Shown here piece after piece: positions 37,773-47,490 of a stretch of DNA of 64,000 nt. The stretch is taken from the NCBI GenBank assembly GCA_001543015.1, contig LFLC01000057.1, forward strand, positions 27,457 through 91,456, written 5' to 3'. Within the stretch, counting starts at the first letter, position 1, and every line of letters starts with the position of its first letter. The notes beneath the pieces were generated by a model. That model was not told the origin of the DNA. It saw nothing but the letters and a program-made list of their open reading frames with translations, and did no database searches. Origin of the DNA: Nitrosopumilus sp. LS_AOA (GTDB lineage Archaea; Thermoproteota; Nitrososphaeria; Nitrososphaerales; Nitrosopumilaceae). The position numbers were made by a program, and so were the translations under genes.

Positions 37773-37804
37773 CCTATATTGATCCATTTTCAAGATGTAA
37801 TATC

Positions 37805-38452
37805 ATGATGGGTGATAGAGATTATCGAACTATTATTCAAAGTGCTCTAAGATCGATTGGTAAAGAATTAGAAATTGATATAGATTCTAAGGATATTCAA
37901 ACTATTCATCTTCAAGAAGTGGTTCAATGTCTTAGAAGGTCATATTATGATAGAATTGATCCTGAAGAGATTGAAAGAAGAGGGTTCAACGAGCTTCTAA
38001 CAGGATTACTCAGAAAATTAGAATATGGTAGTGAGCCTAAAATTTTTGAAATTGATGATATTAAACTAAAGGGCCAAGTCGATATGCTAGTAGATGATTC
38101 TATTTTATTATTCAGATCAGCATCTACGGAATTAGAAAATCCTCTTGCAAATGATGTTTTGTATCTTAATGCATGTTTGTGGATATATGGAAAAGATGAT
38201 GGAATTATTGTTTACATTACAGCAGATAAAAAAGAAACAACTTTTTCATTAACCCGAAACAAAAAGATGTTTGAGGAAGTAGTTAGAAGAGTTCGAGTTC
38301 TCAATGATCTTCTAAAGGAAGAAAAAACACCAATCTTGGAACCATCAACTGAATGTTCTGAATGCCAATATTATGAAAGATGTTTTATGAAAAGAAGACA
38401 TTCCAAACAAATTTCTCTTGCAGAAATGATGGGAATGGGTAAGAAAGATTAG
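37805..38452 (+). CDS. Cas4-like PD-(D/E)xK nuclease with a 4-Cys cluster. It is stand-alone, with no CRISPR or cas neighbours.
   Basis: The N-terminal Cys is in VVQCLRRSYYD. The nuclease core is GQVDMLVDD. The C-terminal ECSECQYYERC follows the Cas4/RecB-family Fe-S pattern C...CxxCx5C. Confidence 0.6.
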   Translation: MMGDRDYRTIIQSALRSIGKELEIDIDSKDIQTIHLQEVVQCLRRSYYDRIDPEEIERRGFNELLTGLLRKLEYGSEPKIFEIDDIKLKGQVDMLVDDSILLFRSASTELENPLANDVLYLNACLWIYGKDDGIIVYITADKKETTFSLTRNKKMFEEVVRRVRVLNDLLKEEKTPILEPSTECSECQYYERCFMKRRHSKQISLAEMMGMGKKD

Positions 38453-38494
38453 TTTAGAAAAATGAAAAATATTGTAAAGGAAAAATTCCTTTGG

Positions 38495-38605
38495 TTAATC
38501 TAGTGGTTCTGGGTGACCTTTACCACGAAGAGCGAAACACACTATTGCTAGTGCAATTGCGACTCCAGCTGTTGCGCCAAATGCGGCTATTCCTGCTTCT
38601 GCCAT
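38495..38605 (-). CDS. 36-aa single-TM micro-protein
   Basis: Manual translation gives MAEAGIAAFGATAGVAIALAIVCFALRGKGHPEPLD. The stretch is a locally GC-rich island in AT-rich intergenic DNA. Confidence 0.35.
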   Translation of the reverse strand: MAEAGIAAFGATAGVAIALAIVCFALRGKGHPEPLD

Positions 38606-38707
38606 TTGATAAAAAACAACTTTACGGGCTTTTATAACTTTGCCAATATTTTGTGTTTAAAAACAAACTATCGTAAAATTATAATTTTGTGATACTATTG
38701 ATGTTTC

Positions 38708-39259
38708 TTATGGAAATTCGAATTGAAGTATATTTTCTTGACCACTTGTCATAGAACTGAGATTATAAAATACATCACCAGTAACTCTCCATGTTGGAGA
38801 ATCACTTTTTAGGATATTCCATAACTCTGGATCAGTTTCATGGCTCTTAAATTCAATATTTTCTTTTAGGACAATTGCGTTATTTCCAAGTAGAGTATAA
38901 TAATTTGAACCAAATTCTAACATTGCCGTAGGTCTACTTCCAATTTCACCACCTGTAATTTGTTCATCATCAGAATAAGTTGTTTCATACAATCGATATT
39001 GTAGTGATTCAACAATAACAGCACGTGGATTTGGGTTTACAACTTTGAAAGCAATCTTAATTGTAGCACTTCTTTCTGTAATTTTATCAACCGATAAAAT
39101 TTGCAATTCAATTTCAAGAGGTTTGACTTTGAGAACATTTGGATCATCTGACGGATTTTGAGTTCCTGTAACCGCCATTTCAGGTCCAGCTAAAAGAATT
39201 CCAGCGAAAGCTAAACCGAGTATCCCAACTGCAGCAAATACAAAGACTTTAGAATTCAA
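38708..39259 (-). CDS. N-terminally anchored beta-sandwich protein (LEA_2/LEA14-like?)
   Basis: TTG start and a TM anchor VFVFAAVGILGLAFAGILLA. The beta-rich body (ATIKIAFKVVNPNPRAVIVESLQYRLY) resembles LEA_2. Confidence 0.5.
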   Translation of the reverse strand: MNSKVFVFAAVGILGLAFAGILLAGPEMAVTGTQNPSDDPNVLKVKPLEIELQILSVDKITERSATIKIAFKVVNPNPRAVIVESLQYRLYETTYSDDEQITGGEIGSRPTAMLEFGSNYYTLLGNNAIVLKENIEFKSHETDPELWNILKSDSPTWRVTGDVFYNLSSMTSGQENILQFEFP

Positions 39260-39311
39260 TATTTTTACAAACCCTCTTGATATCTTAAATGTTAAGATAG
39301 TTATTATACCA

Positions 39312-39680
39312 TTGGACGCTAAAAAATTTATGCAGTATTTTCAAGCAGTACAAAAAGGAAAACAGATTGCAAACAAATCACAAATGAAGTTATTTGATAT
39401 TGCTGGATTTGCAATGTTAACATTGACTACCAAAAAAGTCGATGGTAATTTTCTACCAGTTGGAGAAGAAGAATTTACTGCTGTAATTAATTCTCCAGAG
39501 GGATATGTTGCAATAATTACTGATAAAGACGGATTCACAAAAACTCAATCAAAAGCAATGCAAAAAGAAGAGGCATTATCAATTTTTAAAAAACTCAGAG
39601 AAGAGGGAATGGATGAATATCCAGAAAAAGAGATTCAAATTTGGTCTGAATCAAGGCCAACAGTTCAAAACGAACTTTAA
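39312..39680 (+). CDS. Hypothetical protein
   Basis: 122 aa with a TTG start. I recognise no motifs. Confidence 0.4.
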   Translation: MDAKKFMQYFQAVQKGKQIANKSQMKLFDIAGFAMLTLTTKKVDGNFLPVGEEEFTAVINSPEGYVAIITDKDGFTKTQSKAMQKEEALSIFKKLREEGMDEYPEKEIQIWSESRPTVQNEL

Positions 39681-39686
39681 GAAAAA

Positions 39687-40370
39687 TTACTTTGAAGGAA
39701 GAATAATTTCAGTTCCTACAATACCACCTTTAATGGCTTTTTCAATATTTTTTGTGGTAGCTTTGAGAATAACTGTCTTAATTTTTGAGCGTTCAATTAT
39801 TTTTAGAGCAACAATATCCATCAAATCATATCCTCCTGCGACAGAGTCCTCATGAATTAACATATTTTTTAAATTTCTTAATTCAATTCGTTTGAATTTT
39901 TTTGCTTTTTTGAATTTATTTGGATCCATATCATAAACGCCATCAACGTCAGTAGCATTGATGAATTGTTCAGCATGTACTTTTTCTGCAATTAATGCTG
40001 CAGTGCCATTAGTACTTTGACCAGGATGTAAACCGCCTGCAACTACAATTAGGCCGTCATCGACTGCATGTCTGATTTCTTGTAAAGTTGTTGGAGGATG
40101 TGAATATGCTTTATTTTTGAGGGCATAAATCAATAATTTCGCATTAAGTCTAGAAATTTCAATTCCAAGTTCATCAAGAGTAGATTCATCAGCACCAGAG
40201 GATCTAGCATGAGAAATGTAATGTCTTGCAATATTTCCTCCGCCAGCAACTACAATTGGTTGGCAAATTTTACTGATTTTTACTAGAAACTCAGCATAGT
40301 CTTTTAGTGCCTTAACATTATCCATGGCAAAAACCTTTCCAGATAATTTGATTACAATTCTTTTTTTCAC
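39687..40370 (-). CDS. pyrH: Uridylate (UMP) kinase
   Basis: GTG start in a GTGA overlap with the upstream gene. Amino-acid-kinase fold motifs are [20 protein letters not shown] and [17 protein letters not shown]. Confidence 0.9.
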   Translation of the reverse strand: MKKRIVIKLSGKVFAMDNVKALKDYAEFLVKISKICQPIVVAGGGNIARHYISHARSSGADESTLDELGIEISRLNAKLLIYALKNKAYSHPPTTLQEIRHAVDDGLIVVAGGLHPGQSTNGTAALIAEKVHAEQFINATDVDGVYDMDPNKFKKAKKFKRIELRNLKNMLIHEDSVAGGYDLMDIVALKIIERSKIKTVILKATTKNIEKAIKGGIVGTEIILPSK

Positions 40371-41602
40371 TTTAGTTCACCTAGGATAGATTTTGCGGCA
40401 ATTTCAACTTTTTTCCTGTTTTTTTGGTGTGTGTAGATTCTAAGAATATTCATAAATCCAGAAATGGCTGAAACCACAGGTATTTGAGAAATTGGCATCT
40501 CTTTTGCGGTAGATTTTCCATTCTCATTTGTAATTAAAATTATTGATGTTGACTCATTTTTTGATGGGGCTAAAGGAATTGATGGAGTTACAGAGCTATC
40601 AACAAAAATTTCACTCTCATCAATTTTTGATTTTTTTGAAATTGATGTTCGAAGTTCGTCAGTTCGTATTTTTTTCAAATTTGCTTTACCTGTCAATATT
40701 CTCTCAAATACACATTTTAGTAATTTTCTGTTTTGATAATCTTCTGCTAATTGCCTAGCACGTTTTAGTTTTGATGATTTTGATGAAATTAATGTAGATA
40801 AAACGTATTCATCTGTTAGATTAACAAATTCATTTACATTAAGATTAGTAAAACCAAATTCGTCATCAGATAATCTTAATGCTTCAAGTAACATTACTTC
40901 AGCTGCTCTAACAGTTTTATGAAAATATACAGCTTTGAACATTTGATATCTTGAATGCATCATTGATTCAAAAGAGTACAATGCAGAACGCTCCAGAGCT
41001 AATTTTTTCTTATGAACATCAAGGGATTGTGTAATTCTTTTATGATCAATTCTGGCATGTTCTGCACCTGTAAAATAACCATCTCGAAGTAAATAATCCA
41101 TCATATCTGCACTTAATGCACCTGAAACAATTTCATTCATGTACTGAAATTTAGAATCTCCAAAAGCAATTTTTGTAATGAGTTTCTTATCAAACCCATT
41201 TTTAGATAAACTATCACCAATTTCAGATTTTAAAATGATTTCTTTACCAAAATATTCATGTGAGATTTTTTTTTCTTGAATTATTTCTTCAAAAAGATGT
41301 GAAAATGGACCATGCCCTATATCATGTAAGAGACCAGATAATCTAAGAGTTTCAATATCATCGGATTTTAAAATTCCTTTTTCATGTAATGCGTGACCTG
41401 CTTGACTAGCAATGTGCATCACACCCAAAGAATGTTCAAATCTTGTATGTTGAGCCGCAGGATATGTTAAATGGGCACCAGATAATTGCCTAATTCGTCT
41501 TAGTCTCTGAAAAATAGGATTATCAATAATTGATAGTTCATGATCATATACACGAATAAAATCATGGATTGGATCAATTATGTCTAAATGATTTTTTTTC
41601 AT
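40367..41602 (-). CDS. HD-domain phosphohydrolase (SAMHD1/dNTP triphosphohydrolase-like)
   Basis: The motifs [24 protein letters not shown] and DMMDYLLRD are present. Confidence 0.85.
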   Translation of the reverse strand: MKKNHLDIIDPIHDFIRVYDHELSIIDNPIFQRLRRIRQLSGAHLTYPAAQHTRFEHSLGVMHIASQAGHALHEKGILKSDDIETLRLSGLLHDIGHGPFSHLFEEIIQEKKISHEYFGKEIILKSEIGDSLSKNGFDKKLITKIAFGDSKFQYMNEIVSGALSADMMDYLLRDGYFTGAEHARIDHKRITQSLDVHKKKLALERSALYSFESMMHSRYQMFKAVYFHKTVRAAEVMLLEALRLSDDEFGFTNLNVNEFVNLTDEYVLSTLISSKSSKLKRARQLAEDYQNRKLLKCVFERILTGKANLKKIRTDELRTSISKKSKIDESEIFVDSSVTPSIPLAPSKNESTSIILITNENGKSTAKEMPISQIPVVSAISGFMNILRIYTHQKNRKKVEIAAKSILGELK

Positions 41603-42180
41603 ATTCCTATTTTCTTTGAAAATATTTTTAAAATTTCTTCATGAACTTCTTGTTTTGTTTTTGATGCATTAATTATTTTCCAATGTTTTTTCTTGGCGAC
41701 TGTACGATAAATTTTTGAGATTTTTCTTAAGAATTCCTCATTTTTTTCAAATTTGTCTCTATGAGTTTTCTGTCTATGAAATGATTCTTTTTGGGTAACA
41801 TCAAGTAAAATTACAAGATCAGCTTTTGGTAGACCAATATCTAAATTCTCAAGCCATTTTGATTTCATTCCATTGGCCATTCCATAAACCAAGTTAGAAT
41901 GATAATATCTATTCATAATTAGAACAGAATTTTTGTCTTGTGCAGTTTTAATTTGATCTAGTTTCTCCCATCTATTTGCAGCCAACAAACAATGAATCAC
42001 TTGAGGAGGGAATTTTCTTTTCCCATCTAGATATTTTCTAATTTCTTTTCCTATTGGAGTGTCATAATCAGGAAAATGAAATAATTTTGTTTTGATCTTT
42101 CTTTTTCTGAGAGCTTTTTCCAATAGAGTTGACTGTGTTAATTTTCCTGCCTGATCTCCTCCTTCAATTACAATTATCAT
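41599..42180 (-). CDS. tmk: Thymidylate kinase
   Basis: The P-loop is IIVIEGGDQAGK. The size is right at 193 aa. It forms an ATGA overlap with the HD gene. Confidence 0.85.
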   Translation of the reverse strand: MIIVIEGGDQAGKLTQSTLLEKALRKRKIKTKLFHFPDYDTPIGKEIRKYLDGKRKFPPQVIHCLLAANRWEKLDQIKTAQDKNSVLIMNRYYHSNLVYGMANGMKSKWLENLDIGLPKADLVILLDVTQKESFHRQKTHRDKFEKNEEFLRKISKIYRTVAKKKHWKIINASKTKQEVHEEILKIFSKKIGI

Positions 42181-42272
42181 AAGATACTAAAATAGAGAAA
42201 TTTATTGATTAAAAATCTATCATGTTTAATAATTTGCGAATTGTTTAATATCTCCTTTTTCAATTTCTAATT

Positions 42273-42389
42273 ATGGCAGAACAATATTCATGTCCTTATT
42301 GTGAATCAATTTTTGAGAGTAAAGAAGATCTTTCAAAACATATTGATAGAATTCATGGTGATTCTGGAATTCTTGAGGGTGCAAGATAA
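42273..42389 (+). CDS. 38-aa C2H2 zinc-finger protein
   Basis: Manual translation gives MAEQYSCPYCESIFESKEDLSKHIDRIHGDSGILEGAR, with the pattern C-x2-C...H-x4-H. Confidence 0.45.
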   Translation: MAEQYSCPYCESIFESKEDLSKHIDRIHGDSGILEGAR

Positions 42390-42472
42390 ATCTAAACTCA
42401 TCTAATTTTTCTAAAAAATTTTAGTTTATACCTGTCAAGATTTATAACCAAAAATTGCAAATAAAACACAAA

Positions 42473-42853
42473 ATGGGTCTAGTTAAAGAAGTAATTAAAG
42501 AAATTGGAAACAAATCAAGAGAATTTTATGAATTTGTTTTACCACCAATTGATATGTATCTAACAGAAGATAATCTCAAAATAATAATTGATATTCCTGG
42601 ATTTGCCAAAAAAGATATTGAACTAACTTTATGTGGAGATCTTCTTTCTATCAAAGCAGAAAAAGAAATTCAGAAAAAAGAATCTGATTCTCTAATCTGT
42701 AACCAAAGACCTAATGTGATTGATAAAAAAGTTAGACTTCCAATAGATATCAAAGTAGGTGAAGAAAAAATAGAATCTGCAAAATATGTAGAGGGTATTC
42801 TTACACTAGTAATTCCTTTCACAAAAAGTGGAAAAAATATCTCAATTGATTAG
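42473..42853 (+). CDS. Small heat-shock protein (Hsp20/alpha-crystallin)
   Basis: The alpha-crystallin domain reads IDMYLTEDNLKIIIDIPGFAKKDIELTL...AKYVEGILTLVIP. I preferred the ATG at 42473 to the TTG at 42455. Confidence 0.85.
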   Translation: MGLVKEVIKEIGNKSREFYEFVLPPIDMYLTEDNLKIIIDIPGFAKKDIELTLCGDLLSIKAEKEIQKKESDSLICNQRPNVIDKKVRLPIDIKVGEEKIESAKYVEGILTLVIPFTKSGKNISID

Positions 42854-42856
42854 AAA

Positions 42857-44404
42857 TTAATATCTTCTAAAAAATCCTGAAACTATCATGATTAAACCAG
42901 AACTAATCATACCTAAAATACCAAGGGATTCATTTGATTGAAATAAAAATGCAGAGCCAAGAAAAATTGCAGATGCAAAAATACTTCCACTGACTAGTAC
43001 CATAGGTTTTCTTTTTTTCATAAAAATTTGAACTTCAGTCATGAGTTCTTTCATTTCAGGTCCAAGTCTCAAAGCAGTTTCAATTGATTTTGAAAAGTTA
43101 TCAAAAGATATCTTTAATTCTTCAACATATGCTCGTGGGATTAAATTTTCTTCTTCAAGAATCTTTTTCAAAACTTTAACAAATTTAAAATCGACATCGT
43201 GTGTTTTGTAAATTCCTTCAATTATAGATGCCATTCTCATATACAAAGCTAAATTTTTTGGTAATACGAATGGAAATTTACTCATAGTTTGATTTGCAAG
43301 TTCCATTAGACTTTGAACTTCCATTTCATCTGGTTTGTTTCCATGCATAGCACGAATCGAAAGCTCAATACCCTTCTCTATTACCATTCTATTGTATCCT
43401 GGCGTAAGCATTCTAAGATCAATCATTGCGTTTACCACTCTAGAAGGATTTTTTTCAACTAGTGCAAGATATAATCGAATTAGTTTGAGTCTAGTTTCAT
43501 TATTAATTCGTCCAACCATTCCAAAATCATACAAAATGAGTTTGCCATCATTAGTTACTGAGATATTTCCAGGATGAGGATCGGCATGAAAAACTGAATA
43601 TTTTAGAAGCATAGTAAAAAAGACCTTGTGAACTTCAATGACTAGTTGTTCTCTATCTATTCCCTTTTCATTTAATGCACGCACATTTGTCACTTTAATG
43701 CCTGGAAGATACTCCATTGTTAGAACATTTTTGGAGGAAAAATCATCAAAAACAGTTGGAATAATTACTTTATGGTTTGTCTCCATGTCTTTTTTGATTT
43801 TTTTGAGGTTTTCAGATTCTATAGTATAATCCATTTCTTCATGAATACTTTCAATAAATTGAGAAAGCATAGCCTCTGCTGAATAACGCAAATTTGGATC
43901 AACAAATCTTAATGCTAATGGAAGAATTTTTTTTAAAACTTTAAGATCTTTTGCTACAACTTTTTCAATTCCTGGTCTTTTTACTTTGATTGCAACTTGT
44001 TGACCGGAGATAGAACCCAAGTAAACTTGTCCTAATGATGCACCTGAAATAGATTCAGGATTAATTTCATCAAATTTTTCATTAATAGGTCCAAGATCTT
44101 TTTCAATAATTGGCTTCACTTGATCAAATGGAGCAGCAGGAACACTATCTTGAAGTTTTGCGAGTTCTTCCAAATATGGTTGAGGTAAAATATCTGCTCT
44201 AGAAGATAACCATTGTCCTAATTTTATGTACACTGGACCTAAAGTAAGGAATGTGTCAAGTACTTTACGAGCATTTTTTCTGAATTTTTCTAAATCGATT
44301 TCATTTCCTTCTTGATTGATCCATTTCTTTCGATCTCTACGTAAAGCAAAGACTGATGGTAGTAATTTAACAAGCACTTGAATTGTTCTAACAATAGTCA
44401 TCAT
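42857..44404 (-). CDS. ABC1/UbiB-family atypical kinase with C-terminal TM segments
   Basis: The motifs ASLGQVY, AIKVKRPG and HADPHPGN are present. Confidence 0.85.
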   Translation of the reverse strand: MMTIVRTIQVLVKLLPSVFALRRDRKKWINQEGNEIDLEKFRKNARKVLDTFLTLGPVYIKLGQWLSSRADILPQPYLEELAKLQDSVPAAPFDQVKPIIEKDLGPINEKFDEINPESISGASLGQVYLGSISGQQVAIKVKRPGIEKVVAKDLKVLKKILPLALRFVDPNLRYSAEAMLSQFIESIHEEMDYTIESENLKKIKKDMETNHKVIIPTVFDDFSSKNVLTMEYLPGIKVTNVRALNEKGIDREQLVIEVHKVFFTMLLKYSVFHADPHPGNISVTNDGKLILYDFGMVGRINNETRLKLIRLYLALVEKNPSRVVNAMIDLRMLTPGYNRMVIEKGIELSIRAMHGNKPDEMEVQSLMELANQTMSKFPFVLPKNLALYMRMASIIEGIYKTHDVDFKFVKVLKKILEEENLIPRAYVEELKISFDNFSKSIETALRLGPEMKELMTEVQIFMKKRKPMVLVSGSIFASAIFLGSAFLFQSNESLGILGMISSGLIMIVSGFFRRY

Positions 44405-44814
44405 TTTTTCTCCAAATAATTTTTAATTTTTTTAGTTGCTACATATCCCAAATATCCAGAAACAATTGATGATGTTAATGTAGAAGCAATAACAGATTTT
44501 TTTGATTTTTTATTAAAAGTTTTTTTTATAGTATGAGAACCTGCAAAAATTGCACATGCCAAACCAATCAAAACTTCTGGTGCATCATATACCAAATGAC
44601 CAATTGGATCTTGTCTAGGATCAATTTTATCAGTGTGAACTAAATAATTTTCACCATATTCTCTAATGTGTAAATTACCATATCGATATTGTTTTTGTGC
44701 TCCATTTTTTTGTCCAAGAAATGTTTCTTCTGCTTTTTCTAGCATGAATTCTCTTAATTCCTTTGGAACTTCAATTTCATCCCCAGGCATAATCGCAAGA
44801 TCAGGCAATTGCAT
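44401..44814 (-). CDS. Hypothetical membrane-associated protein co-transcribed with the UbiB-like kinase
   Basis: 137 aa. It forms an ATGA overlap with the downstream gene and has C-terminal hydrophobic segments. Confidence 0.5.
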   Translation of the reverse strand: MQLPDLAIMPGDEIEVPKELREFMLEKAEETFLGQKNGAQKQYRYGNLHIREYGENYLVHTDKIDPRQDPIGHLVYDAPEVLIGLACAIFAGSHTIKKTFNKKSKKSVIASTLTSSIVSGYLGYVATKKIKNYLEKK

Positions 44815-44860
44815 ATAATCTTACAGGATTAATGTGAACCTAACTTAGTCAAAAAAATAA

Positions 44861-45052
44861 TTAAGATTCCTTTATTCTATCTTTTGTAAACAAAACAAAA
44901 CTACCCAAAAAAGCAGCTAACATTCCAATTCCTGGAATATATGCATAGTTGAATCCAACATCAGGATGAACTTGTTGATGATAGTAATTAATGAAAAGTG
45001 TAATTACCAACAATACGACTCCAATGATTGTTAATTTTTGATGTATTTCCAA
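44861..45052 (-). CDS. Small 2-TM membrane protein
   Basis: 63 aa with two hydrophobic helices. Confidence 0.35.
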   Translation of the reverse strand: MEIHQKLTIIGVVLLVITLFINYYHQQVHPDVGFNYAYIPGIGMLAAFLGSFVLFTKDRIKES

Positions 45053-45117
45053 TGATTATGACTTTGTTAATTACTATATGAATTTAGAAAAAAAATAAAA
45101 ATATTAATTATGAATAA

Positions 45118-45450
45118 TTAAGGTTCAGATTTAATTTGAGATAATTTTTGTATTACTTGTTCAAGTTCTGCACCGTTTTCAGTAATTACTTGATTAATTA
45201 CTTCAATCTCATCTGTTAGTTGTTCTAAATGGATGTTATCAGAATTTTGAATTTGTAATTCAAGTTCTTTTAACATTTCTAGATTGAATTGATTAATTTT
45301 TTCTAATTCAATTTTGTATTTCTCTAATTTCTCATATTGATTAGAGATTTCAAAAATATCAATAATTTCTTGATTTGTTACAAAACCTACAAAAATTACA
45401 ATACCACCTACAACTAAAACTCCAAGAAGGACAATAATACTTAATCTCAA
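45118..45450 (-). CDS. N-terminally anchored coiled-coil protein
   Basis: The TM helix is LSIIVLLGVLVVGGIVIFVGFV, followed by heptad-like E/L/Q-rich sequence. Confidence 0.5.
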   Translation of the reverse strand: MRLSIIVLLGVLVVGGIVIFVGFVTNQEIIDIFEISNQYEKLEKYKIELEKINQFNLEMLKELELQIQNSDNIHLEQLTDEIEVINQVITENGAELEQVIQKLSQIKSEP

Positions 45451-45481
45451 CTAATCTACCTCTATATTTTAGATTAAAAAT

Positions 45482-46786
45482 TTAGTTATTTTGTTCTATT
45501 ATTGTTTTTTTACGCCTACGCATTAAATAAATTCCCACACCAATTGCAATTACAATTGGAATGATTACAAATGTAGAGTCAGAACTTTCATCATCATTTG
45601 AGACTTCTTTAAGAAACACAGTTGTATCATAAGTTAAAAAGATCTCATCTCTTACAACATCTTTGTATCTAACAGTAATGGTAATGTCATGTTCTCCATA
45701 TCTTGATTCGCCTTCAAATTCAATTGGAATGTTAAATGGTACTGGTGCATCAGTCTCAATTTCATCAATAAATTGTGTATTTGATTTTATATTGGAATTT
45801 TTATCAGAGTCAACTGTGACAAAACCAAACAATCCATCTTCATTTCCTTCATTAATTATTTCTCCAATTATCATTTGTGTGCCTGATAATTCTATTACAT
45901 CTACATTGAAAACCCTAAGATCAATTAATCCTTTAATGTAAAAATCAACTATTTTTGAAATCTCATGTTTATCACCATGTGCATTATAATATGAAATTAA
46001 CAAAGGTATTCTTAATGTATCGCCTTTTAGTCCTTCAGGAACATATACTGTTGCAGTAAGATGTTTCGATGATTTTGGATCAATATTTCCAATATCCCAA
46101 CTTGATTTTAAAATTACAACATTTTCGATATTGGTAGTTGATGATGATGTTGATGCAAGTTCTGTTGAAGTATTAGTTGCAGTAATATCTACACTAGAAA
46201 TTGGAGCTGTTCCATCATTTGCAATTTCAATTATTATGTCATTTGATTTTAATGATGTAAGGAATGGTTCTAGTGCTCGTACATTTATCACACTATCACC
46301 TGTTACCTTAAAGGTGAAATCTTCAAATGATGTTCTAATTCCAGATTCTCTTAATCTAGAATAATCAACTTTTACAGTTCCAGGGTATTGCTGAATGTTT
46401 ACATTCTTATCTAAATTAACAAAAAATGTTAAATGGAAATTATCACCTGCATCAGAATTAGAATTACTATCAGCACGAATAATTGATCCAGGTCCATCAG
46501 ATGCTGAAAATCCTAAGGGTAAAGACAGTTGACCTTTAATTCCAGTAATATCTTGAGTTCCTACATTTGCAAATACGACTGTAAATGGTACATTACTATC
46601 ACCTGCATCGATTTCTATTTTATCATCTAATGTTCCAAAATATGCATCTAATAATTTGACATCTCCAAAATCCCTTTCAAAAGGAGAATTACCAAAACCA
46701 CCAGATGTAATTTGTGCAAAAGAGTCTTCAAAAATTATTGGAGTTAATACAAATGAAAATAATATTAACAAAAATTTTAGATTCAT
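45482..46786 (-). CDS. Secreted multi-Ig-like (CARDB/S-layer-domain-like) protein with a C-terminal TM anchor
   Basis: It has a signal peptide, a beta-rich repetitive body, and a C-terminus FVIIPIVIAIGVGIYLMRRRKK. Its start overlaps the ABC ATPase stop as TAATG. Confidence 0.6.
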   Translation of the reverse strand: MNLKFLLILFSFVLTPIIFEDSFAQITSGGFGNSPFERDFGDVKLLDAYFGTLDDKIEIDAGDSNVPFTVVFANVGTQDITGIKGQLSLPLGFSASDGPGSIIRADSNSNSDAGDNFHLTFFVNLDKNVNIQQYPGTVKVDYSRLRESGIRTSFEDFTFKVTGDSVINVRALEPFLTSLKSNDIIIEIANDGTAPISSVDITATNTSTELASTSSSTTNIENVVILKSSWDIGNIDPKSSKHLTATVYVPEGLKGDTLRIPLLISYYNAHGDKHEISKIVDFYIKGLIDLRVFNVDVIELSGTQMIIGEIINEGNEDGLFGFVTVDSDKNSNIKSNTQFIDEIETDAPVPFNIPIEFEGESRYGEHDITITVRYKDVVRDEIFLTYDTTVFLKEVSNDDESSDSTFVIIPIVIAIGVGIYLMRRRKKTIIEQNN

Positions 46787-47490
46787 TATACTAAAACCTC
46801 AATTTCTGATGGCTGATCACCCTCAAAGGCTCTACCGTCTTTAATTGTAATTATTTTATCTACATCACCAAAGGTCTCTTTCTCGTGTGTAACTATAATG
46901 AATGTTTGATTGAGTTTTTTTGCCATGGATTTCATTAGTTGAACTATTGTATCAGATGTTACAGAATCAAGATTTCCAGTTGGTTCATCAGCTAAAACAA
47001 TTGAAGGTTTATTGATTAATCCTCTTGCAATTGCTGCTCTTTGTGCTTGACCGCCTGAAATCTTGTTTGCACGTTTATACATTTGATCTTCAAGTCCAAC
47101 TGCTTTTAACAAATCTCTAGCATCTTTATCAGCAGAACCGTTAGTTCCAGCAATTTGTCTTGGTAACAATACATTTTCCAATACGGATAGATCATTTAGT
47201 AAATTTGAAAATTGAAAAATAAATCCTAATTTTTTATTTCTAAATGATGAAATTTCATTATCACCAAGTGTTGTAGTATCAATACCATCAATGAAGACTT
47301 TGCCATGTGTTGGATTATCTAATAGTCCAATCATGTTAAGTAATGTTGATTTGCCAGAACCAGAACTTCCAACAATTAAAACAATTTCTCCCTGTTCAAT
47401 TGAAAGCGATACATCATCAAGAGCTTTTACTTGATTGGCTCCATCGCCATAAATTTTACTTAGATTATTGATTTCAAGTACTCTAGACAG
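46786..47490 (-). CDS. ABC transporter ATPase (MacB/LolD-like). The 5' end is uncertain because no canonical start codon lies upstream of Walker A.
   Basis: My upstream translation of the same frame reads (L)SRVLEINNLSKIYGDGANQVKALDDVSLSIEQGEIVLIVGSSGSGKSTLLNMIGLL. Signature ISGGQAQR and Walker B IVLADEP follow. The track ORF starts only at the Met after Walker A. Confidence 0.8.
   Translation of the reverse strand: MSRVLEINNLSKIYGDGANQVKALDDVSLSIEQGEIVLIVGSSGSGKSTLLNMIGLLDNPTHGKVFIDGIDTTTLGDNEISSFRNKKLGFIFQFSNLLNDLSVLENVLLPRQIAGTNGSADKDARDLLKAVGLEDQMYKRANKISGGQAQRAAIARGLINKPSIVLADEPTGNLDSVTSDTIVQLMKSMAKKLNQTFIIVTHEKETFGDVDKIITIKDGRAFEGDQPSEIEVLV

Noticed and set aside
39613-39855. 80-aa plus-strand ORF overlapping the pyrH 3' region
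   Set aside because: It is antisense to a clear UMP kinase frame and has no motifs.
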